64,000 bases of DNA, taken from positions 11,036,001-11,100,000 of the forward strand of contig CM060732.1 in NCBI GenBank assembly GCA_030704615.1. Reading direction: 5' to 3'. Numbering within the stretch: position 1 is the first letter of the stretch; every line of letters begins with the position of its first letter. This DNA is from Takakia lepidozioides (lineage: Eukaryota; Plantae; Bryophyta). The position numbers and the translations under genes are program-made. A model generated the notes under the pieces. That model did no database searches and was not told the origin of the DNA. It worked only from the letters and a program-made list of their open reading frames with translations. Positions 46,401-59,458 of the stretch are shown here, piece after piece.

Positions 46401-48511
46401 TTCATCCAATGCATGCCTAATATTACGTATATCAAGCCAGTCTGACCCCTCGTCATCTAAGGTTTCTCTATATTTACCAATCGACAACTCTCTGTTTTTA
46501 GGTAGTATCTCAATGGCCTCTGTATGTCCATTTGGAATTTCTACTTCATCTCTTTCATATTTTTCTAAGGGGAGTCCTAGTTTCAAGGCAGCCTTTTTTT
46601 AGATTAAGAAGTTTTATGTTGCCCCAGGGTCTATTAACACTCTCACATGAATACCTTCCAAGGTTACATCTGCCACAATAATGCGTCTCTTTCTTGCCCG
46701 CATGATTGATTTGTCTCTTCTCCTTGTAGGGCCCCTCGCTCTCCTCTTTTTGTAGAACCAGTAAGGACCGCGAGGTCTACTTACTGGTTGTCCTCGTTTT
46801 CCTGATCATTGTGATGTTCGTTATCTTCTCCTCTCCTTAAACTGTTAAGAGGTTTTTGATAAGTGTGTCGATTGTACCTTCCACTCCGACAGTTGGCTGT
46901 AAGATGTCTGTATTTTCCACAGTTGTAACATTGTCGAGTTTTCCTTTGTCCTTCTGTTCGTGAGATGTGAGGAGGGTTCACATCCTTGTCATTCAATTTC
47001 ATCGTCGTTGTGTGTTATCTTCCCCATATCCGATTCCCGGCCTATTTCTTTGAGAGTATTGGAAGTTATCCCGTCTTCGAAGATTTCCAAGCTCCATAGG
47101 CGTTGGTCTGTATTGGTTCAATGGAAAGTGTATACCTTCGTCGTATTTTGGTAGCGTCAATTCCAAAAAATTCTTTTGGGCCAATGAAATTGCTTCGTGG
47201 ACATCAACCGGGTTGCGTAAAATTACCTCTCCTTGCTTTTCTTCTTCAATCCTCTTTTGAAGTTATCTAAAGCTTCTACAGGATTCATGTCTTCGATTTG
47301 GACTTGAAGATTTAAAAAATCTTCAATGTAATTTTGCACACTCCCGCGTTGTTCCAAGTGCCATAATTTCATTCAAGCAGTTGTAACAGCATCTACTGCC
47401 TTGAATTGTTGGAGCAGCCCCACTTTCAAGGTGCTCCAAAATAAAAGTTCTCCTTTTGCAATCTGTCTTCTCTCCAATGTCTGTAACCATGTTGAAGCAT
47501 TGTCGAGTAGAAAAGATTGTATGAACATTCTGTGGTCCAAATCACTTGATGTATGGAAATATGACAGATGTACCTCCATTCGATAAATCCATCCTTCTAG
47601 CACTCCCATTGCGCGACTTCCTTTACGGCTCGACTTTGCATGTCTTGGTCATCTTTTGCAACAAACGTATCCGATCCATCAGCAACCAGTCCGGGGGCGG
47701 TTTATTGTCTCACTTGTTTAAGTCCTCCATCCACACGTGTGTTTGTTGTTGGGTCGTGACAAGAGCATTCTTCAATTCGTGTAAGCGCTCCATTATCCAC
47801 ACCGTCTGATCATTGGCTTGATGAGTAGTGTGTGCGTGTCCACCATTTCTCATTGTCCGCCATCTTGCTCTACTACTCCTTCCTTCGTGGTGTTTGTCTT
47901 CTAAAATTAATGTTTTTATACTATTATCTCTATTCTCTATCCTAATACAGTATGTAAATAGTGCAATCCCAAACCATCTCGTACGTGGACTATGGTAATA
48001 CAAAAGGGACGTTGAAACTCATGACAATGTCATGATTCTACCCAAATTCTGCAACTAAAAATCTCAAAAGATGATGCTTGTCGATGACGCGCACATTGAT
48101 ACTAAATACATTTGGTGGTGGAAAATTAGGTGGAAAATGTCTACCTCGATCCTGAGCTATGTATATACACCTATATATATATTCTAATTCTAATTATAGG
48201 AAAGACGACAGGTCGTGGGTTTGTAACACTCTTGATATTATCATCTCCAAATCTCTGTACTATATATCTCTAATTTATCATTACAAGACATATAATTTTA
48301 AACTCACACTCCGAAGGAAAATCACGGAAAAGAGGGTTGATTTAAGTCCATAAAATTTTTACACTATCGTTATGGCGCACATCACGACTATCTATTCAAC
48401 ACTTTTTAAAGTATAACAAACAAAAATCTCTAAAAAATAAAACATCTTAATCGAATCCTCCTAAAAGGTATTCAACTCCCAACTTTAAGAAGGACTAGGC
48501 TCTGATACCAT

Positions 48512-48945
48512 TGTAACACTCGGATCTACACAAAGTAGAATAGAAGTACTTCTAACTTTTTCCCAAAACAACTCGATGGCTTCTAGGCTTTCATTGCAGG
48601 GTTTATATACCCTTCACAATATGATTATTTTAAAGGTTTGACTTGAGAGCCTCAAGTCAAAGCTTCATAAAGTCAACCCCTCGAGGTTTGACATATCTTC
48701 ACAATACGACTTTATCAAAGATACTTGCTAAAGTCAATCTTCATAGGTTTGACATTATTCTATACAATATGACTTATCAAAGATTTGACCTACTCTCCAT
48801 AATATGAATATCTTAGAGGTTGGGACTTGAGAGCCTCAAGTCAAACTTCCTTAAGTCAAACTTCTTAGGATCCTTCCTAGTTATTCTGGAAACTTCTAGG
48901 GAAACTTTCCTCCTCCATGTAGAACCTTCTAGATTCCTTGTTACA
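48512..48945 (-). repeat. 5' LTR of the inner chromovirus
   Basis: Near-identical to 43005-43441; adjacent to the tRNA-iMet PBS. Confidence 0.95.
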
Positions 48946-50011
48946 CGAAGGTCGCCATTTTGTCCGCCATAAGCCGTCGCACCTGATTTTCTTTTGGAGA
49001 GACGGATGTCGTCTTGGGCGTGCGAAGGCTCCTCCCTTCAATTTCCACGTGTCATTGTCGCACGTGGCCTATCCCATCTTTCCGGTCGAAATGAGTCACC
49101 TCTCGCCGGGTCTTCTTGTGGTTCAGCTCTGTACGGCCTTGTCTTTCGCCCCTAGGGACATCCGAGAAACATTCAAGCCCTCTCAATTGCCTCGTTCAAA
49201 ATCTTAGGTGGCTTCTCCTCCAACTTCCGTCTGGCCCATGGGGCCAATCCCGCAACAAAGTTGAAGACATTTCTGGTTCTCCATGTCCGCGACTTCGAGC
49301 AACAGCACATTGAAAGCCTGAACATATCCCCGAATGTCATCCGTTTGCTTCATATTCCTCATCTTGTCCCGGACAAGCCAGGACGCGTTGAGGGGCACAA
49401 ATTGTCTCTTCATCAGTTCCTTGAACCCACTCCAGTTCAAGGTTTCCGGGTTTGGACCTCGGTCGTGAAGGCGTTTTCTGCCACCATGTTGAGCATAGCC
49501 CCTCAAATAGGTGGGAGCCACTTCCAACCCGATCCCGTCACTCAAATTGGCCGCCCGGAAGTACTACTCTAGCTCCAAGAGCCAGGGGTGTTGAGTGCAT
49601 TTCGATTTCGGGAGCCCGCGAAGGTGTCGGGTTCTTAGGCTTCAACTTAAACTTTGCATTAGTAGAAGTGGCATTAGCCGCCTTCAACACGTCTTTCAAC
49701 GTCCTGCCAAACTCCGCCAACAACCCTTCCCAAAAGGCTGCTGGCATGGGAGACATTTGTTGGTCTGTCAGAGCTCTCAGAGATTCCTCGAGCTCCGACT
49801 CCCCATATTCATCCCGTTCTTGAGCGGCCTCGTTTTCAAAAGCATGCATCGCTTCCTCAAATTGCCGCTTTGGTGACACGTCGCCCTCATCGGGCTCACC
49901 AGGATCATCATCTTTCGGGCCGTTCCGCTGGCCACCCCCAACCGGCGGTGAACTTTTTAAGGAGAAATTTCGTTTCAGGAATATGACACTTCAAGTTCCT
50001 GACAACCGTTT

Positions 50012-50515
50012 GTGGTGCCTCAAACTAGAGTCTTGGAGTTTCTGGACCTTGCATTGAAGCATTTTCACGTGGCCATTTGGTCATGTGCTGATAGAGGTGT
50101 TCTTTGTAGGATGTTGGAGAGTTTCGTCCCCACGAAAATAGCGAAGAAGTTTTGCTTCACATGGTCTGCTGAGGATTGTAAGGATACCACCGGTTATATC
50201 AGGCCCGGGATGAAATATCTCGTGAAGGATATTCGAAGTGTTATTGTCAGGTACCCTAGTAGACCGTTTGCTACGCAGGGGCAAATACTTCTTGTAGATG
50301 ATGAGCCATCAAAAGGGCTGCGAAACCCACAAAATACTGGATTTTTCCCTTTCTCATTCAAGCCATCACCAAACGGATTGCATGACCGGGATGATATGAC
50401 AAAAGCAGTGTGGTCATATATATTGGAGATGGCTGGAGCTTCAACAGTCGTTGATTACATTAGCGAGAACCCGGCAAAGTGTTCTCATAAGCCTATTTGT
50501 CGAGGACATGCCTGA
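50012..50515 (+). pseudogene. FCP1/NIF (HAD-family CTD phosphatase-like) domain fragment
   Basis: VLEFLDLALKHFHVAIWS, FCFTWSAEDC, YLVKDI, ILLVDDEPSKGLRNPQNTGFFP follow the plant FCP1-homology pattern. The N-terminal DxDxT motif is absent and there is an in-frame TGA at 50000-50002. Confidence 0.7.
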
Positions 50516-51935
50516 TGGGCCTGGTATGGAAGATATCTTGATCCTCGTATTTGGATCCCACAACAAAAAGAACCTGATTACCTTGGTAGGCACTGGATAT
50601 CCCACTGTTCTGGGATTTGTTCATAATTTGATTTCCAATTCTTTTGCAGCTGCATTTGCACTCTTACCTAAACATATCCATATGCAACACTTCCACTTGG
50701 GCCCTAACATTTGTCATTTCCATCGCTTGTCCCAAAGTACATTCAAGGAACGAATTCTAAAAGATGAACAAGAGCTTGCGTGATTGGGGAAGAATGGCAG
50801 GCGTGCCGGGAGGCTTCAAGGGCATCAAGTAGAGTTGGCAGTAACATTTCAGATGACAATGTCAGCCGTTTCACCTTCCTGAAAGTATCTCCATGTCCTC
50901 TAGAGCGGAGACCGTGCAAGTGGCTGTGGTAACCGGAGGCGTCTTCGGACACATGCTTGACTGCGAGCCGTTTGGGATGAGGCTCAGATTATTAATGAGT
51001 AGTATCAGCCGTAACGTTTCTATGGCTTCAGAATCTATGGCTTGTATGGCATTAAGTCCATGAACGGATGGACAGTTGACGTTCATTTTTCTGTTGGTCC
51101 ATCGCCTTGAATGATATAATCTCAAATAAAATATGAATGTTTCATATCATCAATCAGATTCCCGACAGACTCGTTTTTCCATGTTGTCATGTTCATCACA
51201 TTGCCATCATTGTTAATATTTCGTTCTGTCATTATTCCATGTTTGTTGTGTGTATGTCATTTTGGATATCGGAAGCTCTCATCATTGTTTGATTCATTGC
51301 ATCCCCCCATTCCTTTTAATGAACGTCAACTTGGCAGTGGATGTGTTCATTTAAGACCACAATACATACTTGTATTTTTGCTTAGAGTGTGTGGAGGATT
51401 ACATAATTTGTTGTTATATAGTGCACAAATAGTCAAATAAATTATAGATATATCTCTTTATTTCTATTATAGATTATAATTATTCATAGATCTTTGTATT
51501 ATTTCTCGACCAAACAAAAGTCAGAGAATAGTTTAAAAATAGAGTTGGCTCCCAATGTCGATTGTGGAGCAGGAATTGGATCCAGAGCCTCATTGGATGG
51601 TTTTGGTTGTTGGACTTAGCATTCTCGGAGTTGGAGAAAGATTGTTGTCTCTGCCCAACACCTGCCACCTCTTGGTAGCCCCCACGTCCTCTGAATTAGC
51701 ACCCATGCCCGTTGGGTCTCCCTGTTGCACTGGAAAGTGTTCCTTAAAGCGTTGACGGTTATAGCTATTAAATGCAGGGTTGGGGAGGCTGTCGGAGAAA
51801 GAAGGGAGAAGGATCTAGGTTTGATCAACTCGCAATGAATCTGGCCCCTTTGGAGTCCGGTAGCCTATCAAGCAAAGTTTGCCTGGGAATTATAGGCAAA
51901 AAGTTTCTGCTGCTTCCAATAGGAGCTCTCGGATT

Positions 51936-52435
51936 NNNNNNNNNNNNNNNNNNNNNNNNNNNNNNNNNNNNNNNNNNNNNNNNNNNNNNNNNNNNNNNNN
52001 NNNNNNNNNNNNNNNNNNNNNNNNNNNNNNNNNNNNNNNNNNNNNNNNNNNNNNNNNNNNNNNNNNNNNNNNNNNNNNNNNNNNNNNNNNNNNNNNNNNN
52101 NNNNNNNNNNNNNNNNNNNNNNNNNNNNNNNNNNNNNNNNNNNNNNNNNNNNNNNNNNNNNNNNNNNNNNNNNNNNNNNNNNNNNNNNNNNNNNNNNNNN
52201 NNNNNNNNNNNNNNNNNNNNNNNNNNNNNNNNNNNNNNNNNNNNNNNNNNNNNNNNNNNNNNNNNNNNNNNNNNNNNNNNNNNNNNNNNNNNNNNNNNNN
52301 NNNNNNNNNNNNNNNNNNNNNNNNNNNNNNNNNNNNNNNNNNNNNNNNNNNNNNNNNNNNNNNNNNNNNNNNNNNNNNNNNNNNNNNNNNNNNNNNNNNN
52401 NNNNNNNNNNNNNNNNNNNNNNNNNNNNNNNNNNN
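51936..52435. other. Assembly gap (500 N)
   Basis: Run of exactly 500 N, a fixed-size scaffolding gap; adjacency across it is unproven. Confidence 1.
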
Positions 52436-53908
52436 TTTTGTAGGAAATGCAATAAGGGGGAGAGACGGTATGCTCCAACATACAGTTTTGTGGCTTTGAA
52501 CCCACAGCCACTTGTAAAGGCCACTTGTGCATTAAACATGGGCCATTTGTTGGATCCTTTTCTCCTAAACTCAATAGAAAGCAAGTTGGTCCAAAACTGA
52601 CAACTGACTTTTATCTGAAGACCTCAATTATGGGGTTGAGGCAGACAAACAGGCTCCGAGGTGCTGATGAAGGAGATGTCTGAAAGTCTTTAAGTTATGT
52701 TTAGTGGCACTGGGCCTCTGGGAATGAAACTGCTCTACATATTGGTGTAACGTCAAATCTGTCATCCCCCTCAGCTTTAGTGTATTTCTGGTGATTAGAA
52801 AAGAGCAAGTCCACAAGTCTTTCATATGACCTGAAACTTCATCACACACACTTCGCCGCCTTCGCAGGCACGCATGTGATTGGCAATGCAAAGCATGTGA
52901 ATAAGAAAGGCACCTAAGTCACAAACCGCCATCATCATTTGATCATAAACAAAAATTACATTGAGGAAAGCAAGGACAGGCAGCCTAATGGAGGTGTCAG
53001 TTGTTTAGCTTTTTAATCCTGGGATCCTCCATGGGAGAGATGATGGAATCCCAGGTGGGCGCGGATCATCGGCCTCGTGAGAAGCATGGGTTTGCATATT
53101 GTGCAATTCTATCAGAGTCACAGTCTCAAAACTGTGCGCTCTTAGGGGATAGAGGGAAAAAACCATGGATATCACTAATGTAGAGCTGAAATCTCATACT
53201 TATACATAGTTCGTTACACAAAAAGACCCACTCAGTAACAATGAGCAATAGAGATCAATTGATCGGCTCATGTGCAGGAGATCGACGTAAGTATGAGATA
53301 CAAATTTGCTGTGAAAATCACAAACCATAGACCGAGGAGATGGAGAGGTCATCTTCATCTTGTGATAGAAGCTCAGTAATGAGGTGCCTCGAGATTGTGT
53401 TGAAGGATGGGCGGCGGCGTAGGACGTAGCCCAGTATAGCAGCTGCTTGCTATCACCTTTTCTCCTCTGCAGGCGGGCTTGGGTCTTGGATGTTCGGGCA
53501 AGCGTGGAGTCAGAGAGTTTAATATTAGTTACAGCCGTAGACATGCTGTCGAAAGAGCACTTGTACTGCCATCTACATATTTCAGAGCATTGTAGTAGAC
53601 TCGGTGCACTGTCGCTCTCGCTCTAAAGATGCAAGGCTCAATAGCACGGAAGTGCTGTGCTGTGATTTGGACATCAGCTTCCGCTGCAGGTTTCCCACTG
53701 GTTAGTAAGTTATGCTTGGCCTCGGTGTCCGTCTCTCTCTCCTTCGCTTCAGCTCTTAAGGGGAATGGTTCAAACTGGGCTCTCGCGAGATAGCGGCAGT
53801 GAGTACATTGTATTCTATAGGTCTACAGCTTACGCTACACTACTATCGCTAATTTCGTGAGGCCACGATCAACTTGCTCACACTTCAGTTTTCAAAACTA
53901 ATTCAGTG

Positions 53909-56900
53909 ATGGAGGAAACTAATGGTTGCCGGCTGTGGCAGATGCTAGCCTTGCTGCTAGCTTATACAGAACTTCCCGTCTTGGCACAGGGGAAGCTCGT
54001 GAATGGATCAGCCCCGCTAGTGCCTGCTCTGGTCATCTTCGGGGACTCAACTGTGGACAGTGGTAATAACAATGCGCTTGTCACAGTAGTGAAAAGCAAC
54101 TTTCCCCCCTATGGAAGGAGCTTCCCCGGTGGGCTGGCCACTGGCAGATTCTCTGATGGGCTACTCGCAACAGACTATTTAGGTGAGTGAATCGTTCAGA
54201 TTGCTCTCAAGGGGTCATCCAACATGACTAGCTGATGTGTACATAGTGCAATTCGTTGGCTGTGCAGGCAGGGTGTTTCTCTGTCGTGCATTCTGAATGT
54301 TGGATCGTACCTGACTTGGAGCTCGCACTTCGTGATCTGGTGCAGCTAGCTATCTCGGCCTTCCCTATACGATCGCCTCTCAGGATCCAGAGGCACAAGG
54401 CGATCGAATTGTCAATTCCGTAAGCTTTGCCTCGGCAGCCTCCGGATGGGATGAGAGCACGGCGAAGCATTTCGTGAGTATTTCTTGAGTGGTCAAGTAT
54501 CTAGTCTTGTTCATCGAGTGGGACTCATATATACACTTTGGGGTCGGTTGCCCCGCCCTCCTGCAGGATTGCAGTCAAGATTGTCTTGTTCTTGTCCGAC
54601 AAGCTCCTTTTTGGGCTAAATTCGGCACGGACCTTATTCAAGTCTGCTCTCTTTTGTAGCTCTGTCTTGTTTCCCTGTTACTTTTCCGACCCTTAGATAG
54701 AGCTCGAGACTTTTTTCACCGATGTACTGCGGGTGGCTTGTAGAATGTGGAGTCTCTTACGACGCAGCTCAACTTGTTCCGAACCTATAAGCAGCAAGTG
54801 TTGGACCTTTTGGGCCCTGAGAAGGCCAACACCATCCTTGGTGGGGCGCTCTATTTCTTCAGCACTGGGACAAAAGATTATGTCAATAACTATTTTCTGA
54901 ATCTAGATCTGCAAGCGCAATATACGTCCGAACAGTATCAGATTCTTCTTCTGGAGTTTGCTCGAGGTTATATCCAAGTTAGTATCTCGACAGTCTTTGT
55001 ACACTTCCAATCTCATGGATGTCTTACAATTATACTATTCAATTGCCGCAATCTTTGGTAGAGAGAGCTCGAGAACTGACGACTAGAGATTCAATTTGTA
55101 CGTGGCATACATGTAAGTACATACATGTAACTTACATTTAAATTAGTTGCCGTTGACCAGCCAGGTTGCTCAGCGGGGTTCATTTGATCAATTATCTACC
55201 CACTCTAAGCAGGGAGGTGCAGGGTTTGAGCGCTCTCAAGGATTCACGTGCCACTTCGCTGAGACTATCTCTCGAAATGCTGCATGGAAAGGTTCTCTAG
55301 GTACCAAGATCTTAATAGGACTACAGGTACATCTCTGTTGTGTATTCAGGAACTCTATGATGAAGGGGCGCGCAACATAGCTGTGGCGAACACCCCACCC
55401 ATAGGATGCATTTCATCTCAGATTACCCTCTACGGTTGTGGAGTGAACTGTTCACAACCACACAATGATGCAGCTACTGCGTTCAACGCTGCCCTCGATG
55501 GGATGTTGGAAAACTTGAAGCCAACTATGCCAGGGTCACGGCTGATTGCGGTGGATGTCTACACTCCCGCATCTGCTGTTTTCCACAATCCGAGTCTTTA
55601 CGGTAAGTTCTCTCCATTAAGTCCAACTCGAAGTTGCAAGTGTAGTGCTCACATGTATGCAATCGCTTGAAGGTTTGAACTCTGTGCATGAGGGCACGAT
55701 GAGCATCACTCTCAGACTCCCTCTCCTTCGCGGGGATTCAATGTGCCAAAACACATTCGTGCTGTAGATCACATAGAAGGAAGACTCTTGCCCATCGACC
55801 ACCACTAAATGGCTCCAGAGTTCCTAAGACTTGAGGAACAATTTAAGATTCGAGAACTCTGCACTTGAGGTCACATCTGCTGTTACGGAATCTGGCCGGG
55901 TCAAACATATTTGCACAGTTGACAACTTACACAGAAACGAAATCCCAAAACTTCTCAAGAGGAAGTCCCATTTTCCAGTAAACAAGATCTACCGGGAGTT
56001 CCTGACAATGTGGAAGACCGTCTCACGGTGATACTTTGTGTTCAATCAAACTATTGTGATGAGGAGCGGTCCTTACCATAGAACAGATTGCAGTGCCTTT
56101 CTCAAAATCCTTGTCGTCCATGTCAAGCGAGTTTTAGGGAAGCTATTGGGGCACTGATCTCCTGTCTCCAGCCCATCACCGACATTATCAGCACCCCCCG
56201 GCCAATCGTCCTTATTGTTACTCTCCTGGGCATCACTAGAGTCGAGAGCCCCTTCCAGTAAGGAGAGGCACGCTGCACTCAAGTGATGTACATCCCCACA
56301 CACATGTGTATCGCTTGCTTGACGTGATTGCGCCGTCATGAGCTGCACATGAGCTGCAACGACTTTGTCAACAGCAAATTACATCTAAGCTTGGTCTCAA
56401 ATGTACGTGCACAGGTTGAGTTCATCGGACTTCATCCACCTGAATAGCTAAGTATACCCACCTGTCGCTTGCCTCTGGCAGTCCTTCGGGGCTGATCTTC
56501 ACGGGTAATAAGATCGAAGTTATTTTTCTGCGGAATAAACGGATTTGCTCCCCAGACCGCAATGATTGCGATCCATAACTTTCGAGAATGTTGAGACATG
56601 AGTGACGATCGATCGCCAATACAAGAGCACTCGATTGCCTCGATTGAGCATTACATAACTGTCTCACTTCTGAGGTCGCCTGGGAGTCTGGTTCTTTATT
56701 TAAAGTAGCTACATGAATGTAGCAGTTAAAAACCTGGAGGTCAAGAACTTGTCCATAGTCCATTCTATTCTGGATATCAAGTGACTTTAGGATGATTTTC
56801 TTAACTTGATCAAGAAAGTGCCTTCGTTATCGTTTTTTTTTTATATGGATGTCTCACTTGCCTGTGGGGCAGGATTTACGGAGACAACAAAGGCGTGCTG

Positions 56901-57081
56901 CGGAACCGGACTGCTGGAAACTGCAATTCTGTATAATGAAGCGTCTTTGGGAACATGTACAGATGCATCCTCGTACTTGTTCTTTGACAGCTTCCATCCC
57001 ACCGACAGATTCAACAAGATTATTGCGCAGTCTGTTGTGAGCCAAGTCGCACCCAGGCTCGCGGAATCTGCCCAACCCTGA
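53909..57081 (+). CDS. GDSL esterase/lipase (SGNH hydrolase), 5 exons, probably secreted
   Basis: Exons 53909-54182, 54346-54473, 54744-54977, 55350-55602, 56873-57081 with GT-AG boundaries. Signal-peptide-like start, block I FGDSTVDSGNN, PPYG, TGRFSDG, SFASAASG, block III GTKDY (N>K), ACCGTG, block V FFDSFHPT. Confidence 0.93.
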
Positions 57082-57170
57082 GAGCTCACCAAACCCCGTA
57101 CGACAACAACACCTGTTAACCCATTTTGCACTAATAGAATCTAATACGGTGGAGGAGCATGAGAGACATG

Positions 57171-59277
57171 TTCAGGTTGTGTATCGACCGGGTTTGGTCA
57201 ATAGGGATGCGGATGGATTAAGTCACAATCCATGCACGAGCCAGCAGGATGACACTGGAGCTTAGTGGCATGGTGAGACGGACGAGGAGACGGTGTCGGG
57301 ATGACATGCATCTGCCTTTTTGTGTATCTTGGCATCGGGAGGTCAGGTTGGACCTACAACAGGGATGACTGTAGACGGAGTGTCTGAGGACCCTGTGGCT
57401 AGAGATGAGCCAGATGGTGCCAGAGTTTTACATGAGGATTCGGTTGTGTTGGACTACCTCCGCATCGGAGACACGACAGCTAGTGTGACTGCCAAGGAAA
57501 GAGATCGGATCCTGCAACGAGCCAAGAGGTTCAAGTGGGAGGGGATACACCTGCTTCGAGTGTGGGAGGATGGTCGGGTGAGGATCGTGCCTCACCTAAC
57601 ACAGCGTGCACGGTTAGTGCGGCATGCCCATGAGGAGTTGGGGCATTTTGGAGTGCGACGCACTCATAGTTTACTACAGGGGCAGTATTGGTGGCGTGGT
57701 ATGCACACAGAGGTACAACAGTTTGTGGCTAGGTGCATGGTGTGTGACAGGGTGCGTGATTTATTCAACGCCCTTACACCACAATTGCATTATTTATCCA
57801 TCATGGGATTGGGCTACAGGTGGAGTCTTGACTTCGCAGGGCCGTTGCCACTGACGATGCGCCACCACAGATATGTGTTGGTGATGGTGGAGCATTTCTC
57901 CAAGTTGATTGAGTTGGTTCCATTGCCTGACAAGGCTAGTGAGGGGGCTGCGTATACATTCCTGGATCGTGTGCTTAGCCGATTCGGTGCTCCAGCTGAG
58001 GTACTCACGGACCAAGGGAGAGAGTTATTGGGGGAGTTTCAGGCTTTGTGTGATAAAGCCTTGATAGACCACCGTACCACTTCTCGGGATCATCCTGAGG
58101 CCGATGGCTTAGCAGAAAAAGAGTGGTGCAAACGGTGAAGAGGGGTTTGCGCAAGTATGGCTTGCAAAAGGGACACCTACGAGATTGGGATCTTCAGGTA
58201 CCTTGGTTAGCCATGGGCTATATGTTTAGCAAGCAAGCATCACTTGCATCCTTCTCACCATATTTTATTCTCTTTGGCCGAGAGCCAGATTTGCCTGCGT
58301 CTATTCGCAGGGAGGTTGCAGTAGTCCTCAACCTTGATGATCCGGATGTATGGACACAAGCATATGCCCAGCGGGCAGAGTTGTTCAAGAGGGTCGTGCC
58401 TATGGCTTTTGAGAACCTTGCTATTGCCCAACACCGAGACACATTGAGGTATGTCACTATACATGGAGGGGGATATCGGCCAGGTGTTCGGCGTTTCCAC
58501 CCTGGGGACTATGTGTATCTGCAGCAGACAACACCTACGACCTTGGATGTCACAGCAGGACATGTGATTCTAAGGGTCAGGGAGGTATTGCTTTCATGAG
58601 TGTTGATTCTGGAGGGTCGAGATGGCATGGTATGGAAGGGCCATGTGCGCAATTGTGCGCCATGTCACTTTCTACATGTGGATGGGAGGATAGATCCCAA
58701 CCTTGTAGTGGTACCTGCAAGGTTGCATTGCATGTTATGTGGGCATGCTCGTGGTGCCGCCACTATACTGGTGTGTGATCGATGCTCAAGAGGTTGGCAC
58801 ATGGGATGTTTGACACCACCTCTTGAGAGGATTCCTGATGGAGATTGATTATATCCACACTGCTTTGAATAGTGGTAGTGGATATGACTAGTGGCAGCTA
58901 ACAAGACATGGGAGGCCAAGCTCATAGGAGTCAATACCCGAGATCTTAGGCTCAAATTCACAGGTTGCAAGACGGCGACTAACGATGGGACAACTCTTGT
59001 ACCCGGCCTTTTGATCTATCGAGTTTGAGTGTAGTAGTGACAGTGGTGGAGGACTTAGTGAGGCTATGGCCACTATCACATCTTGTGGCTACTTGGACTT
59101 GGAGGGACCTAAGCGCCAGCTAGGGGGGGGATTGTGATGGACTAGTAGTGGTGGATAGTGACAGCCTAATGGTTGGACTAGTGGCTGTACTAGTGGTGGC
59201 TAGTGGCAGCATAGTGGTGGACTAGTGGCTGCACTGGTGGTGGCTAGTGGTTTTCTTTAAGTTAATGCCGCACGACA
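57171..59277 (+). mobile_element. 5'-truncated Ty3/Gypsy element (copy A): RNase H end, integrase, PHD finger, PPT, 145-bp 3' LTR
   Basis: Integrase HEELGH..CMVC, WSLDFAGP, TDQG; PHD CMLC..CDRC..WHMGC (58727-58863); PPT agggggggg 59122-59130; LTR 59133-59277 TGTG...GCACGACA. Stops and frameshifts present; homologous to 59874-61810 on the opposite strand. Confidence 0.9.
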
Positions 59278-59350
59278 TAACTTTATGAAAGGTTCTGAAA
59301 CAAGTTTATTGGAACTCCAAGCATCATTAACAATATAAATGTACATGCTC

Positions 59351-59435
59351 TGTCGTGCGCATACGTATCGCTACACAACTACATCGCTGTCCAAACCACA
59401 CCACACATATATGCACAATAAAGTAGTCTGCCACA
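59351..59435 (-). repeat. Isolated copy of the 85-bp LTR of Gypsy copy B
   Basis: Nearly identical (2 visible mismatches) to 59789-59873; no matching TSD seen. Confidence 0.8.
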
Positions 59436-59458
59436 ATGATTGAAAACTAAACTCACAT

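Larger units (their letters stand above)
43005..48945 (-). mobile_element. Structurally complete Ty3/Gypsy chromovirus nested in gag of the outer element
   Basis: LTRs 43005-43441 and 48512-48945 (TGTAAC...GTTACA), 5-bp TSD CGAAG (43000-43004, 48946-48950), PBS TGGTATCAGAGC (tRNA-iMet, 48499-48510), PPT 43442-43455. Fragments of gag (CYNCGKYRHLTANC), protease, RT (FLDD), integrase and chromodomain (EEWEVDHVL..YLVLWKGF, ~43490-43655); heavily frameshifted. Confidence 0.95.
37831..49950 (-). mobile_element. Ty3/Gypsy chromovirus LTR retrotransposon (outer element), degenerate, 5' LTR missing
   Basis: gag ~49879-48951, decayed zinc knuckle ~42950-42995, protease LVDTEVSHSF, RT ([12 protein letters not shown]), RNase H (TDASDFAIG), integrase (HHCC, SMDF) and chromodomain EYEVEAVL..YLVKWKGY (39404-40285). 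PPT gggggaggaaa at ~39425-39435. Several frameshifts. Confidence 0.9.

Noticed and set aside
50520-51935. Possible gene remnants on the minus strand before the gap
   Set aside because: No recognisable domain or consistent exon structure.
51772-52584. ORFs of 200-250 aa spanning the N run
   Set aside because: Artefacts of translating the assembly gap.
59351-59435. Clean recombination-derived solo LTR
   Set aside because: Flanks (tgctc / atgat) do not form a TSD; kept only as an isolated LTR copy.
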